This document shows, one piece after another, positions 51,896-61,075 of a DNA stretch of 64,000 nt (positions are counted from its first letter, which is position 1; the number at the start of each line of letters is the position of its first letter). Under the pieces are notes generated by a model that made no database searches, had not been told where the DNA came from, and saw only the letters and a program-made list of their open reading frames with translations. A program made the position numbers and the translations under genes. The stretch is from an uncultured Chloroflexia bacterium (GTDB lineage: Bacteria; Chloroflexota; Limnocylindria; Limnocylindrales; CSP1-4). Location of the stretch: positions 267,447 through 331,446 of the forward strand of contig CAVUGM010000003.1 in assembly GCA_963741085.1 (NCBI GenBank), given 5' to 3'.

Positions 51896-52595
51896 ATGAG
51901 TCTCCACGATCCTGGTCGTCGAGGACGAGCACGCCGTCGCACGGGGGATCGAGTACGCGCTGGCCCAGGAGGGCTACGCGGTGACCGTGGCCCGCTCCGG
52001 CGAGGAAGGCCTCGAGTTCGCGAGCCACCAGGCGCCCGACCTCGTGGTCCTCGACGTCCGCCTGCCGGGGATGGACGGCTTCGAGGTGCTCCGCCGGCTG
52101 CGGGCCACCGGGGCGAAGATGCCGGTCCTCGTCCTGACCGCGCGCGACGACGAGGTGGACAAGGTCATCGGCCTCGAGCTCGGCGCGGACGACTACCTGA
52201 CCAAGCCGTTCGGCCTGCGCGAGCTGATGAGCCGGATCCGGGCGCTCCTGCGGCGGGCCTACGGCGACCTTGCCGACGCTGCCGGCGGGCGGGTGATCCG
52301 CCACCGCGACCTGGTGATCGACCTCGAGCGGCGACGGGTACAGCGCGGCGGCAGGCGCCTGAGCCTGACCCCGACCGAGTTCGAGATCCTCCGCCACCTG
52401 GCCAGCCGGCCCGGCCGCGTCTACACGCGGGGCGAGCTGCTCGAGCTCCTGCGGGACTACGAGGCCCTCGACCAGGACGAGAAGACGATCAATGTCCACG
52501 TCAGCCACCTGCGCGAGAAGATCGAGGACGACCCGTCGCAGCCCGTCTTCGTGCTGACGGTCCGGGGAGCGGGCTACGCGTTCGCCGACCGCTGA
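51896..52595 (+). pseudogene. OmpR/PhoB-family response regulator (MprA-like context). There is a 1-nt frame problem within the first about 4 codons.
   Basis: ATG 51896 (MSLH) is in one frame. From about 51907, TILVVEDEHAVARGIEYALAQEGYAVTVARSGEEG...DLVVLDVRLPGMDGFEVL...VLVLTARDDEVDKVIGLELGADDYLTKPF...winged helix LTPTEFEILRHL...TVRGAGYAF runs in the frame of ORF 51981..52595. That frame has a TGA at 51894-51896 and no start codon of its own. Confidence 0.85.
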
Positions 52596-52698
52596 CCCGG
52601 ACGCCCGGCCTCCGGTCGCGTCCACCTCCCGGTCCGGCACCGCCCCGACGTCGCGGACCGGCGGCCGCTCCTTCCAGGCCCGGCTGACGCTCGCCTTC

Positions 52699-54325
52699 GT
52701 GGTCGTGGTGGCAGCCTCGCTCCTCGTCGTCTCCGCGATCGTCATCAATCGCCTCGACGCCTACTTCCGCGACCAGGAGCAGGCGGCCCTCGAGGCACGG
52801 AGCGCCGTCGTCGCCGACATCGTCCGCCTCTTCGCCAGCTCGGCCGCCAATCTGGCGCCGGTCGTCACGGCCGGCAACACGCTCAACCCGAACGTCGCCA
52901 CCCTGGTGGGCAGCCCGACCGTGCTGACCTTCCTCGCCGACCGGGTCGCCCTCGCCGACGTCGAGATCCGGATCGGCGGCGCGGTCACCTCGGGCTCCTC
53001 CGTGATCGTGACGCCGTCCGCCGGCGGCACCTTCAGCCAGGCCCTCAGCGTGCCGCCCGAAGCGGGCCAGTCGCGGGAGGCCCTCACGGCGGCCACCTCG
53101 CAGCTCGGCGGGGACGGCGGCACGCTCGGCGAGCCCTGGGGCGTCGAGGCGATCCTCTCCAACCCGTACACGACGCGGGCCTCGACGCTGGCGACGATCA
53201 CCGGCCTCATCGCGATCACGGTGCTGGGTGCGCTCCTCGTGACGTTCCTCGTCTCGGCCTACCTCGCGGCCCGATTCACACGGCCCCTGCGCCGGCTGGG
53301 CGAGGCGACGCGCCGTCTCGGCGGGGGCGACATGACGGGCCGGGTGCCGGCCTCCGAGCTCGAGTCCTCGTATTCCGAGGTCGCCGACCTGGCTCGCCAG
53401 TTCAACGTGATGGCCGAGCGGCTCGAGGAATCCGTCGAGCTGCTCCGGCGCGACCGCGACCGAAGTCGCGACTTCCTCGCCGACGTGTCCCACGAGCTGC
53501 GGACCCCGCTCGCGGCGCTCCGCATGAACACGGAGATCCTGCAGGGCGGAGCCGGGGCCGACCCCGTGACGCGGGCCGAGTTCCTCGACACGAGCCGCCA
53601 GCAGCTCGATCGCATGGACTGGCTGGCCCAGAACCTTCTCGAGCTCTCCAAGCTCGACTCCGGCCTGCTGCGCCTCGACCTGCGCCCGGATGACCTGCGC
53701 TCGACCGTCGAGTCGGCGTTCGAGCAGGCCGACCCGGCCGGCCGGCGGCGGGGCGTCGTCCCTCGAGATCCACCTCCCGCCCGCACCTGTGCGGGTGCGC
53801 CACGATCCGCAGCGGATCGGGCAGGTGGTGGCGAACCTGCTGGGTAACGCCATCAAGTTCACCCCGGCCGGCGGCATGGTTTCGCTGACCCTCGAGCCGC
53901 ATCGCGACGGCGCCCGTCTCGAAGTCCGCGACACGGGCGTCGGGATCGACGCCAGCGAGGTCCCGCACATCTTCGAGCGCTTCTACCGGGGCTCGCGGGC
54001 GAACGAGGCGCGCGGCTCGGGAAGCGGCCTCGGCCTGGCCATCGTGAAGTCGATCGTCGACATGCACGGGGGACGGATCTCCGTCGAGAGCCGGGTGGGA
54101 CAGGGGACCACGTTCACCGTGATCCTCCTGCGCGACCCGAAAGCCGCCGTGGACGCCTCGGCGCCGGACGAGGCCGCGGCGGTCAGCTCGGCGCCCGGGG
54201 ATGCGGCGGACGAGGCTTCGGCGGCCAGCTCGGCGCCTGGGGATGCGCCCGCCGCGGCGCCGGACGAGGCTTCGGCGCCTCGAGAAGGGCCCGGGGAGGC
54301 CAGCCCGGGAGGCTCGCCGGCGTAG
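52699..54325 (+). pseudogene. Sensor histidine kinase (HAMP, HisKA, HATPase). One frameshift near 53750. The N-terminal start is unresolved.
   Basis: Contains the HAMP segment FTRPLRRLGEATRRLGGGDMTGRV and the H-box FLADVSHELRTPLAAL (ORF 52699..53847). It then continues with RIGQVVANLLGNAIKFTP, EVRDTGVGID, GSGLGLAIVKSIVDMHGG (ORF 53690..54325). In-frame SFQARLTLAF upstream of GTG 52699 has no start codon. The C-terminal tail is a repeat of about 41 nt (SAPGDA..DEASA) at about 54157-54280. Confidence 0.85.
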
Positions 54326-54394
54326 CCCGTTTCGCAAGGTGGCGAATTCTTCACCTGCCGGGCACCTGCGCCGCAACCCCGATCCGCCACCCTG

Positions 54395-55849
54395 TTGATG
54401 GCACGGTTGTCGGATCCCAGCCCGGCCCGTCCGATCACTCCGCCGGAGCTAACCCAACGCATGACCGAACCGGCTGACCCGAACCTCGACGCCACCCCGA
54501 CTCCCGCCCCCACCCCGGCTGCGACTCCCGAGGAAGTCACCCGGACCGTCGTCTACTCGCCCGCGGTCGTGCGTCGGCCGGCATGGGCCGAGGTGGCCGT
54601 GGACGTCGACGCCGAGCACGTGGCGCCGCCCACCCCCAGCAACTGGTACGAGCCCGATCGTGCCGCCGCCCCGCCCGCCGCCGAGCCGGCCCCGCGCCGG
54701 ACCAGCTCCGGCGGCCTGGTCGTCACCGTGCTCGCCGCGGCCCTCGTGGCCGCAGTCGTCGGCTCGCTCGGGACCTATGGCGTCCTCTCGGCAAGCGGCG
54801 CCCTGGAGCAGCCGGCCGCCACCCCCGCGCCCACCAGCGGAGCCGTGCAGGTGACCCAGCCGGTGCCCGTCACGATCGACGAGAGCTCCGCGGTGACGCG
54901 GGCGGCGGAGAAGGTCTCGCCGGCCATCGTGACGATCGCGGTGAGTGGCGTCTCCACGAACCCCAACGACCCGTTCGGCAGCGTGCCCACCTCCGGCGTC
55001 GGCTCGGGCGTCATCTTCGACTCCCACGGCTGGATCGTCACCAACAAGCACGTCGCGGCGGACGCGCAGAAGCTGAACGTCACGCTCAAGGACGGCCGCT
55101 CGTTCCCGGCCACGGTGTACGGCATCGACACCCTCACCGACCTCGCGATCGTCAAGGTCGACGCGAGCGGTCTGCCGACGGCGCCGATCGGCGATTCGTC
55201 CGCGGCCAAGGTCGGCGAGCTGGCGATCGCCATCGGGAGCCCGCTCGGCACCTACACCAACTCGGTGACCGCCGGGATCGTCTCGGCGTTCGGGCGCACG
55301 ATCACGGTCCAGGACGGGACGACCATTCGCAACCTCATCCAGACCGACGCGGCGATCAACCCCGGCAACTCGGGCGGCGGCCTCCTCGACGCGGCGGGCA
55401 ACGTGATCGGCATCAACACGGCGGTCGCCCAGACGGCCCAGGGGATCGGCTTCGCCATCCCGATCAACATCGCCCGGCCGATCATGCAGCAGGCCGTGGC
55501 CGGCCAGAAGCTGGCCCGCCCCTGGATCGGGATCCGCTACGTCGCCATCACCCCTGCGATCGCCGCCCAGGACAAGCTCCCCGTGGAGCAGGGCGCCTGG
55601 CTCAGCGCCACGGACACCTCCGGCCAGGCGACCGACGCGGTCGTGCCCAACAGCCCGGCGGCCGCCGCCGGCCTGAAGAACGGCGACATCATCGTGTCGG
55701 TCGAGGGCACACCGATCGACACGACCCACCCGCTCGACGACATCCTCACCCAGTACGCGCCGGGCCGGACGATCGCCCTCGAGATCCTCCGCAACGGCAG
55801 CAAGCAGACGCTCACTCTCGCCCTCGGGACGCGGCCCGCCAACACCTGA
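54395..55849 (+). CDS. HtrA/PepD-like trypsin-fold serine protease with a PDZ domain, membrane anchored.
   Basis: Contains the TM LVVTVLAAALVAAVVGSLG, GSGVIFDSHGWIVTNKHV, DLAIVKV, TDAAINPGNSGGGLLD, and the PDZ sequence NSPAAAAGLKNGDIIVSVEG. Confidence 0.9.
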   Translation: MMARLSDPSPARPITPPELTQRMTEPADPNLDATPTPAPTPAATPEEVTRTVVYSPAVVRRPAWAEVAVDVDAEHVAPPTPSNWYEPDRAAAPPAAEPAPRRTSSGGLVVTVLAAALVAAVVGSLGTYGVLSASGALEQPAATPAPTSGAVQVTQPVPVTIDESSAVTRAAEKVSPAIVTIAVSGVSTNPNDPFGSVPTSGVGSGVIFDSHGWIVTNKHVAADAQKLNVTLKDGRSFPATVYGIDTLTDLAIVKVDASGLPTAPIGDSSAAKVGELAIAIGSPLGTYTNSVTAGIVSAFGRTITVQDGTTIRNLIQTDAAINPGNSGGGLLDAAGNVIGINTAVAQTAQGIGFAIPINIARPIMQQAVAGQKLARPWIGIRYVAITPAIAAQDKLPVEQGAWLSATDTSGQATDAVVPNSPAAAAGLKNGDIIVSVEGTPIDTTHPLDDILTQYAPGRTIALEILRNGSKQTLTLALGTRPANT

Positions 55850-55902
55850 TCGCCCGGTCGGGCGCTGCCGGCCTCCTCCCCGGCGGCGTCCGACGCTCAT
55901 CC

Positions 55903-55935
55903 TGACCCCCGGACCAGCTTGCTGGCCGGGGGTCA
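55903..55935. terminator. Bidirectional hairpin between the convergent htrA-like and folB genes.
   Basis: TGACCCCCGG(A)CCAGC-TT-GCTGGCCGGGGGTCA forms a 15-bp stem with one bulged A. It overlaps the folB stop codon (55933-55935). Confidence 0.6.
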
Positions 55936-56301
55936 GCGCGTCCGGCGGATCTCGACGCCGGCCCAGTCGAGCTGCCCGGGGAGCGGCGGCCGCATCTTGC
56001 GGACCCGCACCGTGACAGCCAGGACCCGCGGCCGGCCGGCCAGGACGGCCTCCGCCACGCGCGTCGCGAGGGTCTCGATGAGCGCCACGTGCGGACCTTC
56101 GACGACGCTGCGCACCGATTCGTAGACCTCGCCGTAATCGACGGTCGCAGCCAGGTCGTCGTCCATTCCGGCCGGGCCCAGGTCGATCTCCAGCTCGAGG
56201 TCGACCTCGAACGGCTGGGATTCGGCGGCCTCGAACGGCAGGACCCCGTGGCGGCCCTCGAAGCGCATCCGGTGCAGCTCGATGCGGTCGGCCGCGGCCA
56301 T
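55933..56301 (-). CDS. folB: Dihydroneopterin aldolase.
   Basis: Sequence: MAAADRIELHRMRFEGRHGVLPFEAAESQPFEVDLELEIDL...TVDYGEVYESV. It lies immediately downstream of folP. Confidence 0.85.
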   Translation of the reverse strand: MAAADRIELHRMRFEGRHGVLPFEAAESQPFEVDLELEIDLGPAGMDDDLAATVDYGEVYESVRSVVEGPHVALIETLATRVAEAVLAGRPRVLAVTVRVRKMRPPLPGQLDWAGVEIRRTR

Positions 56302-56305
56302 CGCC

Positions 56306-57307
56306 TCAGGCCTCCGCCTGCCAGCCGCGCACGACGGCGTCGGCCATGCGTGCGGCACGCGCGTTGGCACGGACGTCGTGTACGCGGACCATGTCGATCC
56401 CGGTGGCGATGCCGAGGGCGGTCGTGACCAGGGTGGCCTCCACGCGCTCCCCGGGCGGCAGGTCGAGGACCTTGCCGAGGGTGGACTTGCGAGACGTCCC
56501 GAGGAGGATCGGGCGCCCCAGCGAGCGCAGCAGGGAGAGTGAGCGAAGGATCTCGAGGTTGTGCCGGGGTGTCTTCCCGAACCCGAACCCCGGGTCGACG
56601 ATGAGCCGCTCCCATGGAACGCCCGCTCGCACGGCGCGCTCGATGGCGCGCTCGAGGTCGGCGACGATCTCGGCCATCAGGGCCGTGTAGCGCGCCTGGG
56701 CGCGGTTGTGCATGAGGACGAGAGGGGCACCGTGCTCGGCGGCGACGCGGGCCAGGCGGTCATCGTCGGCGACGCCCCAGACGTCGTTGACGAGGTGGGC
56801 ACCCGCCTCGAGCGCCGCGGCGGCCACGCCCGGCTGCACGGTGTCGACCGAGATCGGCAGGTCCGGGAACTCGGCGCGCAGGGCATGGATCACCGGCACG
56901 ACCCGCGCGAGCTCGTCGGTGACGCCGACTGGCTCGTGGCCCGGCCGGGACGACGCCCCGCCGACGTCCACGAGGTCGGCGCCCTCGTCGCGAGCCTGCC
57001 CGGCGAGGGCCACCGCGGCCGCGACCGGATCCTTGCCCGCCGCCAGCAGCCCATCCCCGGAGAACGAATCCGGCGTCACGTTGACGATCGCCATCACGAA
57101 CGTGCGGGATCCCCAGGCAAAGGTCCGCGGCCCGATCGCCAGGGGAGGCGGCACGCTCGGGAGGCCGTCCGAAGCGTTCGCCAGCGGCGCAACGGAGTTG
57201 GACGCCGCCCCGCCGCGGCGCTCGATATCGGGCGCGACGGTTCCCTCCTCCCGCGGAACGATGCGGGACCCCGGAGACTCGACGGACGGCGGCCGGTCAG
57301 CGTTCAT
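56306..57307 (-). CDS. folP: Dihydropteroate synthase.
   Basis: Contains VMAIVNVTPDSFSGDG, DLVDVGGASSRPG, ISVDT, VNDVWG, DPGFGFGKT and LLGTSRKS. Confidence 0.9.
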   Translation of the reverse strand: MNADRPPSVESPGSRIVPREEGTVAPDIERRGGAASNSVAPLANASDGLPSVPPPLAIGPRTFAWGSRTFVMAIVNVTPDSFSGDGLLAAGKDPVAAAVALAGQARDEGADLVDVGGASSRPGHEPVGVTDELARVVPVIHALRAEFPDLPISVDTVQPGVAAAALEAGAHLVNDVWGVADDDRLARVAAEHGAPLVLMHNRAQARYTALMAEIVADLERAIERAVRAGVPWERLIVDPGFGFGKTPRHNLEILRSLSLLRSLGRPILLGTSRKSTLGKVLDLPPGERVEATLVTTALGIATGIDMVRVHDVRANARAARMADAVVRGWQAEA

Positions 57308-57317
57308 CGGCGCGATC

Positions 57318-58725
57318 CTACGCCGGGTCGCGCAGGTCCGGATCGTCCACGAGGAGCCCGCGCGCCGCGCCGACGAGGTAGAGCGAGCCGGCGACGACCA
57401 CCGGACCCTCTGCCGCCGCGATCGCCGCCGCGACCGCGCTCCGGGGCTCGTCCATCGCGCGAACTCGGGCCCGATCGGTCACCCGCCACGCTCGTCCAGC
57501 GGGCCGCGAGCGCCGACGCCGACAGGGCGCGCGGCCCCTCCACTGCGGTCGTGACGACATGCGCGCCGGCCAGCGAGCGGGCACCGGCGAGGGCGCGAAT
57601 CACGCCGTCGACGTCCTTGTCGCTCATCATCGCCAGGACGAGGGTCGGCGGCGCGGGGTGCCTCTCCCCGCCGTTGCGGAGGAGCGGGCGAAGCTCGTCG
57701 AGGGCGGCGGCGAGGGCGGCGGCGCCGGCAGGGTTGTGGGCACCGTCGAGAAGCGCCTCGGCATCCTCGCCCCGCGGACCGGCAGCGGGCAGCGCGACGA
57801 GCTCGAGGCGGCCCGGCCAGCGGGCGGCGGCGTAGCCCAGGCGCCGCGTCGGCGGGGGCGTCGTCGCGATGCCGGCCGCGTCGAGAGCGTCGAGGACCGC
57901 GTCGGCGACGGCCACGTTCGCGGCCTGGTGGCGGCCGAGCAGCCCGACCCGCGTACTGGGAAGGCCGGGGAGATCCACGACGAGCCCGGCCCGGTCCATC
58001 GCCCGTACCGGCGCGGGCAGCACCTCCACGAGGTCGATGCCGAGGCGCCGTGAGCGGCGACGGAGCACCTCGAGCGCGGACCCCGACGCTGCCGTGACTC
58101 CGCGATCTCCGCGCACGAGGATCGCGGCCTTCTCCCGTGCGATGAGCGGGATCGTCTCGCCCAGCCACTCGGTGTGGTCGAGGTCGACGTTCGTGATCGC
58201 GGCCACCCCGCCGTCCCACGCATGGGTCGCGTCGAGCCGGCCACCAAGACCCACCTCCACGACGGCCAGGTCGACTGCTTCGCGGGCGAACCAGCGGAAC
58301 GCCATCGCCGTGATGAGCTCGAACTCGGTCGGCGGGCCGTGCCGTCGCGCGACGGAATCGGCAGCCGGGAGGACCTCGCGGACCAGCTCGACGAACGCCG
58401 CGGCGTCGATGGGGCGCCCGCCGATCCGCAGCCGCTCGCGATACGTGACGAGATGGGGCTTCGGCGTGTCGCCGGCGCGCCGGCCCGCCGCCTCCAGGCA
58501 CGCCGACACGAGGGCCACGACGCTCCCCTTGCCGTTCGTGCCCCCGACCAGAGCCCCGCGAATCCCGGTCTCGGGGCCGCCGAGCGCCCGCAGGAGAGCC
58601 CGGGTGCGGCCGAGGCCGAGGCGGATCCCGAACCGGCCGCGCGCCTGCACGGCCGCGACGGCCTCCGCGAACGTCTCCGGCCAACGGGACCGGGCGAAAT
58701 CCGCGGGATGCGCCTGGCGCGTCAT
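57318..58725 (-). pseudogene. folC: Dihydrofolate synthase / folylpolyglutamate synthase. One frameshift near 57480.
   Basis: GIRLGLGRTRALLRALG...VGGTNGKGSVVA...ITNVDLDHTEWLG...LLDGAHNPAGAAAL are in ORF 57304..58725. The conserved C-terminus EGPVVVAGSLYLVGAARGLL is in ORF 57318..57584, ending at TAG 57318-57320. Confidence 0.85.
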
Positions 58726-58818
58726 CGCGTCCAGGCCGACCGGCGCCGCGAGCCGGTCATGGCAAGAGCACCGGACGCGCGAGCCGCTCGACGCCCCGTC
58801 TGCGGGACGCGGCTGGCG

Positions 58819-59445
58819 TCACCGCGTCAGCTCGTCCTCGTAGAAGACGCACTGGTTGAAGCGCGCCGACAGGCAGACGTCGTTGACGTAGCCGCCCTCG
58901 AGATGGACGCCGCCGCGAAGCTGGCAGCGAGAGACGTTCATCTCCTGACGGACCAGCGCCTTCAGCAGGTGCGGCGCCTGGATCGGCATCGCGCCCCGGG
59001 CGCCGCTCATGAAGAAGTGGGGGCAGATGTTGCGGCGCAGGCTCGGCATGCCGAACCCGGTCCTCGCTGCGCCCGGCCCGGCGCTCACCTGGGAACCCCT
59101 GGGCCGCCCGCCTGCCGCGTGCTGGTTCGTCGCCGGGTCGAGGCGGGCGCCGGCTGCCTGGGCCTGGAGCGCGGTCGGCGACGGGCCGACGGGGAACATG
59201 ACGCGCGCGATCGGCGGGTGCATGGGCCTGGATTGCTGGGCGGGCGCCGGGCGCGGCGCGGCGACCCGTCCGGGGCCCGAGGCGATCGGCGAGAGGCGAG
59301 CTGCCGGGCGGGTGCCAGGTCCGACGCCGATGACGGTCCGGAAGGTGCCGACCGCGACCGGTCGGGGGCCGCGCGCGGGGACCCCGTCGGGGCGCATCGC
59401 GGCCGCCGACGAGGACCCTCGGCGCCCTTGCTCGCCTTCCGTCAC
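58819..59445 (-). CDS. Hypothetical protein with a Pro/Ala/Gly-rich N-terminus and a compact Cys4 C-terminal domain.
   Basis: GAGGAGG lies 6 nt before the GTG at 59445. C-terminus: NICPHFFMSGARGAMPIQAPHLLKALVRQEMNVSRCQLRGGVHLEGGYVNDVCLSARFNQCVFYEDELTR. I recognise no family. Confidence 0.5.
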   Translation of the reverse strand: MTEGEQGRRGSSSAAAMRPDGVPARGPRPVAVGTFRTVIGVGPGTRPAARLSPIASGPGRVAAPRPAPAQQSRPMHPPIARVMFPVGPSPTALQAQAAGARLDPATNQHAAGGRPRGSQVSAGPGAARTGFGMPSLRRNICPHFFMSGARGAMPIQAPHLLKALVRQEMNVSRCQLRGGVHLEGGYVNDVCLSARFNQCVFYEDELTR

Positions 59446-59724
59446 GGGCAACCTCCTCGAGCGAACGTTCCGCACGTCCGCTAACGGCCCCAGCGTACAC
59501 CGGACCGAAGCGCTCGCGGGAACCACCGGGCCAGCGCCAGGCGAGCGGCATGCCGCTGCCAGGCTGACCGCTGCCGGGTGGCCAGCGCCCCGGCCCGCTG
59601 CACGGAACGCTGCGGGCCGCCCGGTACCATGGCCGCTGCCGGCCGGGCGCCATGGCCCACTGCCAGCCTCGCGGCACCACGGGGGCCACCGGCCGCGACG
59701 GGCGGCGTGCGACAATGCGCCCCG

Positions 59725-60924
59725 ATGACCTCCCGCCGCGACCGGCCCAGCCAGGTTCGACCCCGCCCGCCGTCCACTGGCCGCCCCCGGCCGCTGCCGC
59801 CGGCGCCCCGCCGGCCGGTGGTCGCCCGGGTCGTCGGCAGGCACGCGCCCGAGCCCGCTCGGGGGATGCCGCTCGCAGCGCGCATGGCCCTGGTGGCGGC
59901 GATTGCGGCTCTCGCGGTGGTCGTCGCGACGACGGTGAGTGGCGCCCTCCCGCGAGTGGTCGGCTCGTTCGGATCGGCGCTCGGCGGGATCACGGGCGCG
60001 ATCCTCAAGACGCCGGTGCCCTCGCCGAGTTTGCCTGCGATCCCGGCTTCTCCGACGCTCGCGGCCCCCCAGGAGCCCTACACCAACCAGGCAACGGCTA
60101 CCGTGGCCGGCTCGGTTCCCGCCGACGTGGTCGGCCACTCGGGCTTCGCGGTCCGGATCTACATCGCCGTCCCGGGTCAGCCGCCGGTCGCGGTTCGCGA
60201 CGTCCCGGTTGGCGAGACCACCCAGTTCGCCGCCGAGGACGTGCCGCTCGAGCCGGGCCGCAACGACATCTCGGCGACGACGGTCGCGCCCGGGGGCGAG
60301 AGCGAGATGTCGCCGGTCGTCACCTACGTGCTCGACCAGGCAAAGCCAACGATCGCCGTCACGTCCCCGGCGAACAAGTCCATCGTGGCCGGCCCCGTGG
60401 CGACGATCACGGGGACCACGAAGGGGCAGTCAACGATCGTCGCCCGCAACGAGGCAAACGGCACGGCGGCGAGCAGCACGGCGGCAGCCAGCGGCGCCTT
60501 CTCCCTGAAGGTCCCGCTGAGCGCCGGCACGAACGGGATCAACCTCACCGCCACCGACCAGGCCGGAAACGTCGGTACGACCATCCTCACGCTGCGCCGC
60601 GGCTCGTCGAACCTCGCGGTCGTGATGGCGGCATCGGCGTACCAGATCAGCGCCGCACGCCTCCCGAGCACGATCGAGCTCCGCGCGGTGGTCACCGCCC
60701 CGGGCGGCCAGCGACTCGTGGGCCAGTCGGTGACGTTCACCCTCTCGATCCCGGGAGTGCCCGCGATCACCGGCGAGGACGTGACCGACGGGTCCGGCCT
60801 CGCCACGTTCCGCACGACCGTCCCGGCCGGCGCCACGCTGGGAAGCGGCCTCGCGACGGCATTCGTCACAACGGCCGACTACGGCGACGCATCGGGCCGC
60901 ACAGCGATCACGATCGTCCCGTAG
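59725..60924 (+). CDS. Membrane-anchored surface protein with tandem Ig-like (Big-type) beta domains.
   Basis: It has an MTSRRDRPSQ... basic N-terminus and the TM MALVAAIAALAVVVATTV. Repeated beta-rich modules follow (PTIAVTSPANKSIVAGPVATITGTT..., FSLKVPLSAGTNGINLTATDQAGN, VTFTLSIPGVPAITGEDVTDGSGLATF). Confidence 0.65.
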   Translation: MTSRRDRPSQVRPRPPSTGRPRPLPPAPRRPVVARVVGRHAPEPARGMPLAARMALVAAIAALAVVVATTVSGALPRVVGSFGSALGGITGAILKTPVPSPSLPAIPASPTLAAPQEPYTNQATATVAGSVPADVVGHSGFAVRIYIAVPGQPPVAVRDVPVGETTQFAAEDVPLEPGRNDISATTVAPGGESEMSPVVTYVLDQAKPTIAVTSPANKSIVAGPVATITGTTKGQSTIVARNEANGTAASSTAAASGAFSLKVPLSAGTNGINLTATDQAGNVGTTILTLRRGSSNLAVVMAASAYQISAARLPSTIELRAVVTAPGGQRLVGQSVTFTLSIPGVPAITGEDVTDGSGLATFRTTVPAGATLGSGLATAFVTTADYGDASGRTAITIVP

Positions 60925-60990
60925 GCCGCGGCGAGCTCCGCTCGGCCCCGCCCGGCCTCGACGCGCGGGCGGCGCGCCTCCGATTCTGGT

Positions 60991-61024
60991 TCGATCGTCC
61001 GTTCGACTCGATCGTCCGTTCGAC
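60991..61024 (+). repeat. Perfect tandem duplication of a 17-nt unit, TCGATCGTCCGTTCGAC, immediately upstream of a promoter. Candidate direct-repeat operator.
   Basis: 60991-61007 and 61008-61024 are identical and abut with no spacer. The TCGAC core recurs in the downstream -35 element. Confidence 0.8.
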
Positions 61025-61040
61025 GAGCGCGAGAATCCCC

Positions 61041-61069
61041 TCGACAGTCTGTGCGTCCGCAGCTACGAT
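61041..61069 (+). promoter_or_regulatory. Promoter TCGACA, 17 nt, TACGAT driving a leaderless Zn-ribbon ORF.
   Basis: TCGACA at 61041-61046; TACGAT at 61064-61069; ATG at 61076, with 6 nt between. Confidence 0.55.
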
Positions 61070-61075
61070 CCGTGC

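Noticed and set aside
51744-52748. Upstream 335 codons of ORF 51090..52748 (would make L25 552 aa)
   Set aside because: The L25/Ctc homology starts at MTSTRPALAAEH (ATG 51743). The upstream part is antisense to the response-regulator gene and is Arg/Pro-rich junk.
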